Source: Schmidtea nova
Taxonomy: Eukaryota
Assembly: GCA_044892505.1 (NCBI GenBank)
Contig: CM097883.1
Coordinates: forward strand, 119,164,001 to 119,206,086
Length of the DNA stretch: 42,086 nt
Reading direction: 5' to 3'
In this document: piece by piece, positions 9,449 to 18,717 of the stretch
How the letters are laid out: every line of letters starts with the position of its first letter
How positions within the stretch are numbered: the stretch's first letter is position 1
The notes under the pieces: generated by a model
The model's input: only the letters and a program-made list of their open reading frames with translations
Database searches by the model: none
What the model was told of the DNA's origin: nothing
Program-made: the position numbers and the translations under genes

Positions 9449-9852
9449 TTTTCAAATATTGTTCCATATCCTTTCATTCTTTTGTTTATATGTTTCTTCA
9501 TATTTCTTTTTCGTTTAAGAATTCCGCCATTTTGTTTATTTTCAGTTTTATTTTCGTTAAACACATCAGTCACTTTACTAATTACTTGTGGCAAATGATG
9601 AATCACATCGGGCAATGAGTCTTTAATTTCAGAAATGGCATTGGATTTTAGTGCAGGTAAAATCTTTGAATTATTATTTAACACATCATTGGCAGTTTTC
9701 ATACCAAAATTTCCAATACGTCTAAGAATTGGTAATGCAAATCTACCTATCGTTTTCAACCAACCAGTTCCATATTGTTTACCTACAAAATACGGTAATT
9801 CTCCACCTGATTGGCTGTTGCTATAGAAACTGATAATATCTGGATTATTCAT
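9445..9852 (-). CDS. Conserved small Polinton virion-type protein (135 aa) with QxGG/QxGxG motifs and an amphipathic segment
   Basis: QSGGELPYFVGKQYGTGWLKTIGRFALPIL resembles the small ORF usually found beside the MCP in animal Polintons. Basic C-terminus. Its stop overlaps the MCP start (ATGA). Confidence 0.75.
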   Translation of the reverse strand: MNNPDIISFYSNSQSGGELPYFVGKQYGTGWLKTIGRFALPILRRIGNFGMKTANDVLNNNSKILPALKSNAISEIKDSLPDVIHHLPQVISKVTDVFNENKTENKQNGGILKRKRNMKKHINKRMKGYGTIFEK

Positions 9853-9856
9853 TTAT

Positions 9857-10867
9857 TTAACGGAAATGTAATGTCAAGTAAGTTTTGTCTTCTTTTGCAA
9901 ATTTAACTATTTTTCCACTGTCATCACGAATATTGATTTCAATATTGTTTATATATGTGGAACTGACCGGTAAATACATTGGATTTTTCTCAACAATTTG
10001 AACCAAATCACCCTTTTTATGTTTTTCAACCCAAACACATTTCAATAGGGGAACTGACATGTCACCAACAAGAATTGGTTGAATAATATTCGTATAGATG
10101 AACATTTGCTGATGAAGTTTTAAAACTTGTGGATAATATACGCCATCAATAATTTTGTCAAAGAATTCTTGTTCAACTAATCCTAACGAATTTGCTAAAT
10201 TCCTACTAAATTTTACACTAGTTATATCATCTTCAAGAATTAATTTAATTAATTTTCCTTCTTTAATATCAATCACTTTAAATGGATGTGGATAAAAAGT
10301 TTCAATTTGATCAGATAATTCAGTAAGATTATTTATTATTAAATCGTCTTTGAAATTATCTGTGTATTCAACAGGAAAAGTATAAGTTATAGTAAACCGT
10401 ATAGTATCATCAAGTTTTTTATTTTCATTTGCTGGAATTTTAATTTTGTTTAATTCATCATTAAATGTCACAGTTTTTTCTTGAAACCCTAATTTTTTAG
10501 CTTCATCAACACTATCAAATATTATTTGAAATGGAAAATATTTACAATTTACATTTAAAATATTGCCATCAATATACATTAAATAATAATTAGAATCGTG
10601 ACTTATATCATATTCTTTCTTTTGTTGGTTAAAATTGAAATATTCATAACTAGAATGTAATTCATTTCTAATAAATTTTATACTTGAACTATTATAAAAT
10701 GGAAATTCATTGTACACAAAAGTAAAATCCATAAGAGCAACTTCCCAACTACCATCCAAATAAATTGGGTTTTGATATTCAACATTGAATTTTCCAGCTT
10801 TATTATTGGGATGTGTCAATGGACAAGAATTGCTTGGTAAATTAACATAAAAATCTTTTTTAATCAT
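9857..10867 (-). CDS. PX: Minor capsid protein/penton (PX), copy 2, with large central insert
   Basis: FYVNLPSNS..NKAGKF..WEVAL at the N-terminus; IYTNII.P..VGD..VPLL..YLPV..IEINIRDDSG..LTLHFR at the C-terminus. Confidence 0.9.
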   Translation of the reverse strand: MIKKDFYVNLPSNSCPLTHPNNKAGKFNVEYQNPIYLDGSWEVALMDFTFVYNEFPFYNSSSIKFIRNELHSSYEYFNFNQQKKEYDISHDSNYYLMYIDGNILNVNCKYFPFQIIFDSVDEAKKLGFQEKTVTFNDELNKIKIPANENKKLDDTIRFTITYTFPVEYTDNFKDDLIINNLTELSDQIETFYPHPFKVIDIKEGKLIKLILEDDITSVKFSRNLANSLGLVEQEFFDKIIDGVYYPQVLKLHQQMFIYTNIIQPILVGDMSVPLLKCVWVEKHKKGDLVQIVEKNPMYLPVSSTYINNIEINIRDDSGKIVKFAKEDKTYLTLHFR

Positions 10868-11897
10868 TTATTTTACGAAAATGTAGAGTCAAATGAGTCT
10901 TTGTATCTTTTGAAAATTTAATTAATTTTCCACTGTCATCACGAATATTGATTTCAATGTTGTTTATAGTTGATGTTGAAATCGGCAAATACATTGGATT
11001 CTTTATTTCAATTTGTACAACTTCGCCTTGGTCATATTTCTTGATCCAAATTGATTTTAGGAGGGGAACTCGTACATCTCCAACAGTTACTGGTTCAATA
11101 ATGTTGCTGTAAATGAACATTTGCTGATGAAGTTGTAAAATTTTGGGGATTTTTACACCAATTATTTCTGTATCAGTATATGTTTGTTTCTGTAGACCCA
11201 GAGATTTGGTTAAATTTGAATCAAAAGTAATTTTTGAAATATTATCCTGAAGAATAATTTTAACCAATTCATTATTGACAAGTTTCAATTCTTTAAATGG
11301 AGATGGATTAATTTTCATTAAATATCCTTGTAATTCCGGTAATGACGTTATGAATAATTCATCTTGAAAATAATAATCATTAACAGTTTTAATGTCATAA
11401 TTTATTAAAATTCCAAATTGTTCAAGACTATTATCATTCGTGAATTTTGGTAATTTTAAACGACAATGGTCATTTTCACTTATAATTGTGGTATTTGTCA
11501 ATATAAAACTTTTTGCATGTTCAAGATCTGGAAATGTAATTTTAAATGGAACATGTGGACAAACAATCACTAAATAATTATATTTTTCAATAAATACATC
11601 AGTGTCTGAACTAGGTTGAGAAACTATAACTTGAATTGTTTTATTTTGATTATTAATTCTCAAATAACTAATTTCTTGAATTTCTCTTTTAGTTTCAATT
11701 TGAATAAAAGAATTACTATAATACGGGAACAAATTATACACAAAAGTAAAATCAATCAAAGCAACTTCCCAATCGTCATTACTATTTAAATAAATCGGAT
11801 TTTGAAATTCTACATTAAAATTACTAGCTTCATTATTAGGATAAATAAGAGGACATGCATTGCTAGGCAAAATCATATAAAACTGGTTTTCTTTCAT
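10860..11897 (-). CDS. PX: Minor capsid protein/penton (PX), copy 1, with large central insert
   Basis: Same terminal motifs (FYMILPSNA, WEVAL, VGDVRVPLL, IEINIRDDSG, LTLHFR) with a different central domain. Confidence 0.9.
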   Translation of the reverse strand: MKENQFYMILPSNACPLIYPNNEASNFNVEFQNPIYLNSNDDWEVALIDFTFVYNLFPYYSNSFIQIETKREIQEISYLRINNQNKTIQVIVSQPSSDTDVFIEKYNYLVIVCPHVPFKITFPDLEHAKSFILTNTTIISENDHCRLKLPKFTNDNSLEQFGILINYDIKTVNDYYFQDELFITSLPELQGYLMKINPSPFKELKLVNNELVKIILQDNISKITFDSNLTKSLGLQKQTYTDTEIIGVKIPKILQLHQQMFIYSNIIEPVTVGDVRVPLLKSIWIKKYDQGEVVQIEIKNPMYLPISTSTINNIEINIRDDSGKLIKFSKDTKTHLTLHFRKIND

Positions 11898-11902
11898 AAT
11901 AT

Positions 11903-12988
11903 TTATTTAATCAATTGTTTTTCAGATATCCAACTTGGAGTTTCATAGCCATGCCATTTAACGTAATATTGTTTATATTTCCCATCAGTTTTGGTTTTTA
12001 AAATCTTTTGAATTCTAAAAACTGTGGGAGCTGGAATAACTTGAAGTTCTTGTTCGTAGAATTTACCCTCGATTACATTGTTTTCATGATCGGAAATAGT
12101 ATACATGACAGGATTTTGATTAGTATCAACATTTGAGATTTGATATACTTCATCACTCCAATTACTATCAAAATTTTTGATGAATGGAGAAGCACTGATT
12201 TTACTCATTCTCACATAATCACCTACTTTATATTTCGGTTTTTTATTAATTGATTTTAATCTATCTTTTATCCATCCATCAAAATTATTATTTGAATATA
12301 CATCGATAGGTTTCATTTTATTTAATCCCGAATGCGGTGAACGATTGTAACTGGAAATAATTTTCGGTAAAACATTTATCCATGTTTTGTTACCTTGATA
12401 CACAAAAAACTTTTTCAAACGATCTCTTAAAGTACGATTTAATCTTTCAACATGAGCAGCTTTGAATTGATAAAATACAGAATAATGATTGATTCCTTTA
12501 ATCACTTCTTTTACTTTGCTGTTATAAAACTCTTTTCCTAAATTAAAATTAATTAATTTTTAAAAATTTAATTTATTACCCAAATCAGTTTGTAAATTAC
12601 GTGGCTTCCCATCTTTAAATAAAGATTCAATAGCCTCAGCCATTTCATTAGCAGATTTAGTTTTTGTTGGAATAGCTCGTGCATAACGGCTAAAAACATC
12701 AATACAAGTCAAGATATATTTGTAACCCTTGTTAATTTTAGAATAAGGAATCATTTCCATCAAATCCATTTGCCATAAATCGTTACCCCCAAAAGTTTTA
12801 TATTTCCGTGTAGGAAATCTTTTCAACATTGGTTTATTTAAACTATATGCCAATTGATCAGATAACCATTTCTGAGTTTCATTCTTTGAACTTTTTATTC
12901 TTTTTGCCAATTTTTTGACTGAACCAAAACCATCGGGATCTTTTGGGTTTGTCCATATCGTTTTTATATTCTTCATGATTTTCTTCAT
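11903..12988 (-). CDS. INT: Retroviral-type (rve) DDE integrase with C-terminal chromodomain, join(12988-12580,12537-11903), 347 aa
   Basis: Catalytic WQMDL, TDLG and VERLNRTL. A 42-nt GTAAT..TTTAG intron restores TDLGKEFYN. SH3-like KYKVGDYVR and chromodomain YYVKWHGY..SWI. Confidence 0.95.
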
Positions 12989-13050
12989 TAATACAACAAT
13001 TTGTTAAAATATTTAAATCTATATTATGTTTATTCGGTTCAGAAATTTTA

Positions 13051-13380
13051 TTACCCATTTCTTAAAGATGAGATTGCGCTTATTGCTGATAATACTATTG
13101 GAATTAATGTACCGAGAAACCCACCCTTTTGTTTATATATTATTTTTCGCATAAGATTTCTATTTTTGGTATTCACTAATGATAAAAGTGAATTTTTATG
13201 TTTTTGTAGTTCAATTTTCTTTGATCTACTAATATTTACATTACCATGAACAATATTAAAAACGATTTCAAGTAAATCATCAATAACAAAGGGTGGGAAA
13301 GCTTGTAAAATTATCATTCGCTTATTTGTTGGAGCTTTAACCAAAGCATTAAAATACGGTAAACTACGTTCAAATTTCAT
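13051..13380 (-). CDS. Conserved small Polinton protein (PW-like) ending QKGGFL plus a hydrophobic tail
   Basis: NIVHGNV and KQKGGFLGTLIPIVLS match a recurrent small ORF of animal Polintons; the exact family name is uncertain. Confidence 0.75.
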   Translation of the reverse strand: MKFERSLPYFNALVKAPTNKRMIILQAFPPFVIDDLLEIVFNIVHGNVNISRSKKIELQKHKNSLLSLVNTKNRNLMRKIIYKQKGGFLGTLIPIVLSAISAISSLRNG

Positions 13381-13410
13381 GATTAAAATTTTTGTGTATA
13401 TTTATTTCGT

Positions 13411-13596
13411 TTATAATTTTATCCACTTCTTTACTTGTTTCTTTCTTTTACCAATCTTTTTGACAACTTTTTTAACTAATTTTGATTTTCGATCAACTTT
13501 TTTAAGAAGTTTTTGATCAACTTTTTTAAGTAGTTTTTGATCAGCTTTTTGAATAGCTTCTTTATTTAACTTGACAATTACTTTTTTAAATGACAT
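13411..13596 (-). CDS. Very basic Lys-rich 61-aa protein; candidate genome-condensing core protein
   Basis: ATG-initiated, QKLLKKVD repeats, packed between the ATPase and PW-like genes. Confidence 0.6.
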   Translation of the reverse strand: MSFKKVIVKLNKEAIQKADQKLLKKVDQKLLKKVDRKSKLVKKVVKKIGKRKKQVKKWIKL

Positions 13597-13617
13597 TATT
13601 ATTTCTTTTATTTATTT

Positions 13618-14241
13618 TCAATTTTGTTTATAAACCGTGACTCCATTTTCGTTAAATATATCCGTTCGGATACGTAAATCATCAGGACATTGTTGAGTAA
13701 AATCAAAGAATAAATATCCATGAGGAACTTTAGTAGCATCTTGAAATGAATTAATTAAAAATTTCCTATCATTAGGGTAAGCTTGTCTTGCTAGAAAATC
13801 AATAATTGTAGCATCTCTTGGGTTTTTGAATATAACCAAGTATTGAACATTTAAATTACGAGTTCTGTGACTACGACCTTGATGAAATAAATTTTGAGTA
13901 ATGAAAATTACAGTAACTCCTAAATGTCTACTAATTTTTGTGAATAAATTATTAAAATCTTTTTCTTTATTTGCTTCTTGGTACAAATCATCGATAATTA
14001 TAACATCGCCTTGTCGTAATCTAGATGACCAGTTTTTATCAAACCCTTTTATAATTGTCATTTTTAATTTGCAGAATTGATCTTGAGTCAGTCCATGTTC
14101 TTCATCAGCTCCCCGATGCCAGTAAATTTTATTGAATTTAGATTTAAACATTTTTGATTGCAACAATTTACATACAAATAATGTTTTTCCACTACCACTT
14201 GGGCCCACTATTTGATAAACTGCATCATTTCTTAATTCCAT
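13618..14241 (-). CDS. ATP: A32/FtsK-HerA-like genome packaging ATPase
   Basis: Walker A GPSGSGKT, Walker B IIIDD, then ISRHLGVTVIFITQNLF and PHGYLFFD. Confidence 0.95.
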   Translation of the reverse strand: MELRNDAVYQIVGPSGSGKTLFVCKLLQSKMFKSKFNKIYWHRGADEEHGLTQDQFCKLKMTIIKGFDKNWSSRLRQGDVIIIDDLYQEANKEKDFNNLFTKISRHLGVTVIFITQNLFHQGRSHRTRNLNVQYLVIFKNPRDATIIDFLARQAYPNDRKFLINSFQDATKVPHGYLFFDFTQQCPDDLRIRTDIFNENGVTVYKQN

Positions 14242-14301
14242 TTTTAATTAATTAATTATTAATTAATTTAATATTGTTTATATTTATTCAATTTTATAAA
14301 A

Positions 14302-14784
14302 ATGATAAGTAATATTAATTATATGGGCAAGTGTTTAGTTCCAAACATGATATTTCCTGTTGGGAAACCCCAGCAAGTTATAGATAGGAGTGGGAAGTAC
14401 CCTATTTTATTTTTCAGATCGGGAAAATGTCGTGTAATGGGTTGTAAGCAACCGTTAAAACCAGATGATTTGAAATATAAAATTTCCGATTTAAAAATTC
14501 AATCGATCACTATAACATTGGATATGGGTAAATCCATAAATTTATACGAATTGCAAAATAAAACAGAGTGCTGGTACGAACCCGAAATATTTCCAGCTTT
14601 AAGATTAATAAATTATAACCCGATTTGTATTAATATTTTTTCAAGTGGAAAAGTTGTAATATTAGGAATTAAAACATTGGATTATTTTAATCAAGTAAAT
14701 GAAATTAAAAATTATATTAATTCATTAATTAATAATGAATTAATTGATGAAAAATATCTCGATTTATTATTTAATTTTGTTTAA
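14302..14784 (+). CDS. TATA-binding-protein (TBP)-like protein inside the Polinton
   Basis: C-terminal repeat KIQSITITLD..INLYEL..YEPEIFPAL..INIFSSGKVVILGIKT matches the TBP pattern IQN..YEPELFPGL..LIFxSGKVVLTGAK. A shortened N-terminal repeat reads ISNI..LFFRSGKCRVMGCK. Confidence 0.85.
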   Translation: MISNINYMGKCLVPNMIFPVGKPQQVIDRSGKYPILFFRSGKCRVMGCKQPLKPDDLKYKISDLKIQSITITLDMGKSINLYELQNKTECWYEPEIFPALRLINYNPICINIFSSGKVVILGIKTLDYFNQVNEIKNYINSLINNELIDEKYLDLLFNFV

Positions 14785-14819
14785 ATACATTGTTATTTTA
14801 CAAATCCATATTTTTGAAA

Positions 14820-15205
14820 ATGTCTAAAAGTAAGTATTATTTTTAATTATCTATATTATTAATATTTTTAATTTAGCTTATTTATTTGAAGTGGTCCTGA
14901 AGAAAATTCAAGAATTATATCCAAAAATAAAAGATTCTTTGGATTATTGTGCGCCAGAGTTATTGGTTCATAAGATATATAAGCTTACTGGGATCAATAT
15001 CGAACAATTGCTCGAGATTCACTACGATATGGTGCTAGGAGCTGGAGTCAAGTGCGTTGAAAATTGCATAGTTTGCAATGATTCACTAAGAGTATCCTGT
15101 GTAAATGGATGTGCATGCTGTCATGATTTTAAAAGAGATCATTCGGTGCATATCTTAATGTCAGAAATGCGTAAAGCATATTATAACGACATTTATAATT
15201 TATAA
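14820..15205 (+). CDS. Two-exon Cys/His-rich 112-aa protein, join(14820-14829,14877-15205); probable Zn binder
   Basis: A 47-nt GTAAGT..TTTAG intron gives MSKTYLFEVVLKKIQE...; Cys cluster KCVENCIVC..SCVNGCACCH..H..H. Confidence 0.7.
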
Positions 15206-15808
15206 TAAAGTTTTGTGATTTAGTTGTTCTTTATTTTTATTTCAAAGTTTGTTCTTATTAATTTACTATTTTATTGTATTATTTACACTGTGATGAAATA
15301 TTAGTGTTATTATTTTAGAAATTTTTCTAAGNNNNNNNNNNNNNNNNNNNNNNNNNNNNNNNNNNNNNNNNNNNNNNNNNNNNNNNNNNNNNNNNNNNNN
15401 NNNNNNNNNNNNNNNNNNNNNNNNNNNNNNNNNNNNNNNNNNNNNNNNNNNNNNNNNNNNNNNNNNNNNNNNNNNNNNNNNNNNNNNNNNNNNNNNNNNN
15501 NNNNNNNNNNNNNNNNNNNNNNNNNNNNNNNNNNNNNNNNNNNNNNNNNNNNNNNNNNNNNNNNNNNNNNNNNNNNNNNNNNNNNNNNNNNNNNNNNNNN
15601 NNNNNNNNNNNNNNNNNNNNNNNNNNNNNNNNNNNNNNNNNNNNNNNNNNNNNNNNNNNNNNNNNNNNNNNNNNNNNNNNNNNNNNNNNNNNNNNNNNNN
15701 NNNNNNNNNNNNNNNNNNNNNNNNNNNNNNNNNNNNNNNNNNNNNNNNNNNNNNNNNNNNNNNNNNNNNNNNNNNNNNNNNNNNNNNNNNNNNNNNNNNN
15801 NNNNNNNN

Positions 15809-16380
15809 CCAAAAATAAATTTANNNNNNNNNNNNNNNNNNNNNNNNNNNNNNNNNNNNNNNNNNNNNNNNNNNNNNNNNNNNNNNNNNNNNNNNNNNNN
15901 NNNNNNNNNNNNNNNNNNNNNNNNNNNNNNNNNNNNNNNNNNNNNNNNNNNNNNNNNNNNNNNNNNNNNNNNNNNNNNNNNNNNNAAAATAAATAAATAT
16001 AAATTAAAATTAAATATAAATTNNNNNNNNNNNNNNNNNNNNNNNNNNNNNNNNNNNNNNNNNNNNNNNNNNNNNNNNNNNNNNNNNNNNNNNNNNNNNN
16101 NNNNNNNNNNNNNNNNNNNNNNNNNNNNNNNNNNNNNNNNNNNNNNNNNNNNNNNNNAAATAATAAATTAAATTGACTTCATTTAAACAAAAAATTAAAA
16201 TTAAAAAATTCACTTCATTTAAACAAAATTAAAAATTAAAAATTCACTTAATTTAAACAAAATAAAAAATTTAAAAAATTCACTTCATTTAAACAAAATT
16301 TTTTTTTTTTGGGGGGGGTAAAAAAAAATTTTTAGGGGGGGGGGTCTGTTGCTGTTCTTGGGCGCTCCCCCTACTCTACT
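15809..16380 (-). repeat. Right Polinton TIR (inner boundary uncertain because of gaps)
   Basis: Reverse complement of 1269 onward, with a few substitutions and homopolymer-length differences. Confidence 0.85.
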
Positions 16381-18411
16381 TGTTATATTTGAATTTTTCT
16401 TCAATGTTTTAAAAATTCAAAATTTTTTAAAAACTCAAATACAACACCATGGTGTTATTTTCGGATTAAGACGGTAGTTATTGCGTGTTTTAAAAAATCA
16501 AGTTTACCTATAGATTAAAAAGTTTTATGGATTTTCAAGTAAACATATTTTTAAAAAAGTGCTGCACTTTATTTAAGTCTTATTATTGATTTTTAAGTGC
16601 AAAATAGTTATTTTTGGGCACAAATCATCGTTTTTCATAGGGATACACAGATCTTGATAATAAGTGCAAATACTTATAAAATACAGTGCTCCAAAACATA
16701 AAAATCGATATTATTACAAAAGTGTTAAATCAACTTGCGCAGATCGGATTTACACACGAAAAATACACAAGAATTGAATGGGGAAGATCACTGCTTATAT
16801 ATAGAATACGAAATGCATGATCAAAGAATAAAATCGGTATTACAATAAAGAGAGTATTTCAATAATGATTTATTAAAAATTTTAGAAGAAATCTCCATTG
16901 AAATGTCGGTAAAATAACAGAGATTAAAATGAAAATAGAATTAAAATTAAATTTGATTCTTTTAATCAATCTATTAAAGTGGATGCACACATGATTTAAT
17001 CGAGTTAAAAATAAATATTAAAAAAACAAATAAAGTAAATTGTACAATTAAATTTACAGAAAATAAATAAATAATCATTTTTCAAAATACATAAATTAAA
17101 TATTAAAATAATTATATAAATTAAATTAATAATATTCTTATTTTACAAACATAATGTGTAGGCTTCATTTAGAATTAGTATAAATAGGCGCTGAGAAATC
17201 ATAATTCTAGCTCACTTACTTACTTGCCGCGGACAAACAATTCTACTTGTATTTTTGTTTAATTCTACAAAACAGCACTAGTAATTGTATTTTGTTATTC
17301 AAGTGTAAGGCGTAATTAGACGATTTTACTTAATAAACATTTGAAATATGATTTTAATTTTTATTCATGGTTTGTTCAATTTGATTTTCCTTTAACTTAG
17401 TCAAATAATGGTTGTGAAACCGGTTTCCCAAAGCAGCTTTAGTCCTACCATTCACCAGGCGAATTCAAGGTTTAAGCCTTGGTATATAATAATTAAAAAG
17501 GTAAATTTGAAGTCATTCAAGAATAGGCTTAAGCAGCCTGGTGGATATAAGCATGATGATTATTTTGATGTTTTAGGATAAATAAGTGGGATCTGAAATA
17601 GGATAGATATAAAATTAGGAATTTATCACTCCAAATGACCGTAAACTGGATATGTGCGTAAGTCTTTCTATCGGCAGCAGGAACCCGAAAGAGAATACAA
17701 CGAGTAGTTTGGCAACAAAGCTCACCTGCTCACTAGATTCTCACCAAGTACAGTACCATCATAGTTTGCCAAGGAGTAACTATAGGTATACGAGTAAATC
17801 AGTTAACATTTATGATGGGGTGAGTTGTAGTTATCCCTAGACTAATAATAATTTTGTAGCAACCAATAACGCGAATATAAAGAATACCTGCAAACACACA
17901 TACCATCATCATAAATAACCTTATCTTGAAACTGCAATTTTGACACATTATTACGTAGTATGCTTGTTTAATTAAGTATTTATTCCTTAAAAAATATATA
18001 TTTTGAAAGAATAAAACTTATCAAGAAAATACAATTAATTTATTTGTTTAAATAAACTAATAATACACAAAGGTATGCCGTAACTAACTCGTTTAAATTC
18101 AGTACATGCGACAGAACTTTAACCAAAATTATTTTAAACAAAACAGATAAGTTAAGTTGTACAAACTTTGGAATTATAACTATAATAGATTAATCTAAAA
18201 AATAAACAATTTTATTTATACAATAAAGGTCAGTGGTTACAGAAAAAGCTGGGTATTATTAACCGATATCATACACTAAGACTACCAAATTTCTGAAATC
18301 TGACGCTGATTTACTATATTTATAAAAATAGATCACAATAAAAATTATAACAAAATGTTATCACAAAATCAACAAATTAAATTTGACATTTTATCAATTA
18401 ACGTGATTCTA

Positions 18412-18717
18412 TTATAAAGCTTTAACTTCTTTCCCAGTTTTTTCCAGCGCAGTTTGAATTTCTGCTTTTGACAGAGTGCTAACAACTGTCACAGTCTTAG
18501 AAGAAACGTCAGTTTCCACTGACACAACTGCATCTAAATTGTTAATATTAAACATTTATTTAACAAAAATATTATATATTTTACCTCCCAATTTTCCAAG
18601 CACTTTCTTAGCGGCGTTTGCGCACGATTCACAAGTCATGGCAACATTGAATTTATATGTCTATAAAATAAATATTAATATCAGAATTATATAATGAAAT
18701 ACTTGAACTGTTGACAT
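18412..18717 (-). CDS. ATOX1: Copper chaperone ATOX1/ATX1 (HMA domain), join(18717-18703,18660-18585,18533-18412), 70 aa; absent from the ORF track
   Basis: Spliced product MSTVQTYKFNVAMTCESCANAAKKVLGKLGDAVVSVETDVSSKTVTVVSTLSKAEIQTALEKTGKEVKAL, with MxCxxC and KTGK motifs. GT-AG introns of 42 and 51 nt. Confidence 0.92.

Larger units (their letters stand above)
1269..16380 (-). mobile_element. Polinton/Maverick (adintovirus-like) endogenous virus, apparently complete
   Basis: Both ends read AGTAGAGTAGGGGGAGCGCCCAAGAACAG as inverted repeats. 6-bp TSD TGTTAT at 1263-1268 and 16381-16386. Full core gene set (pPolB, INT, PRO, ATPase, MCP, mCP) with open frames. Length includes N gaps. Confidence 0.97.
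823..16474. mobile_element. Non-autonomous Tc1/mariner(pogo)-type MITE, ~534 bp when empty, split by the Polinton
   Basis: ~40-bp imperfect TIRs: CCGTCTTAACCCGAAAATAACACCATGGTGTTATGTTTGA from 823 versus the reverse complement ending at 16474. TA flanks both ends (821-822, 16475-16476). Internal copies of the AACACCATGGTGTT palindrome are present. Confidence 0.75.

Noticed and set aside
12505-12580. Integrase as a broken pseudogene or a programmed frameshift
   Set aside because: A 42-nt GT-AG intron restores the frame and the TDxGKEF motif exactly; no slippery site is needed.
17400-17900. GC-richer stretch including ORF 17652-17840
   Set aside because: No recognisable translation in any frame and no repeat partner in the window.
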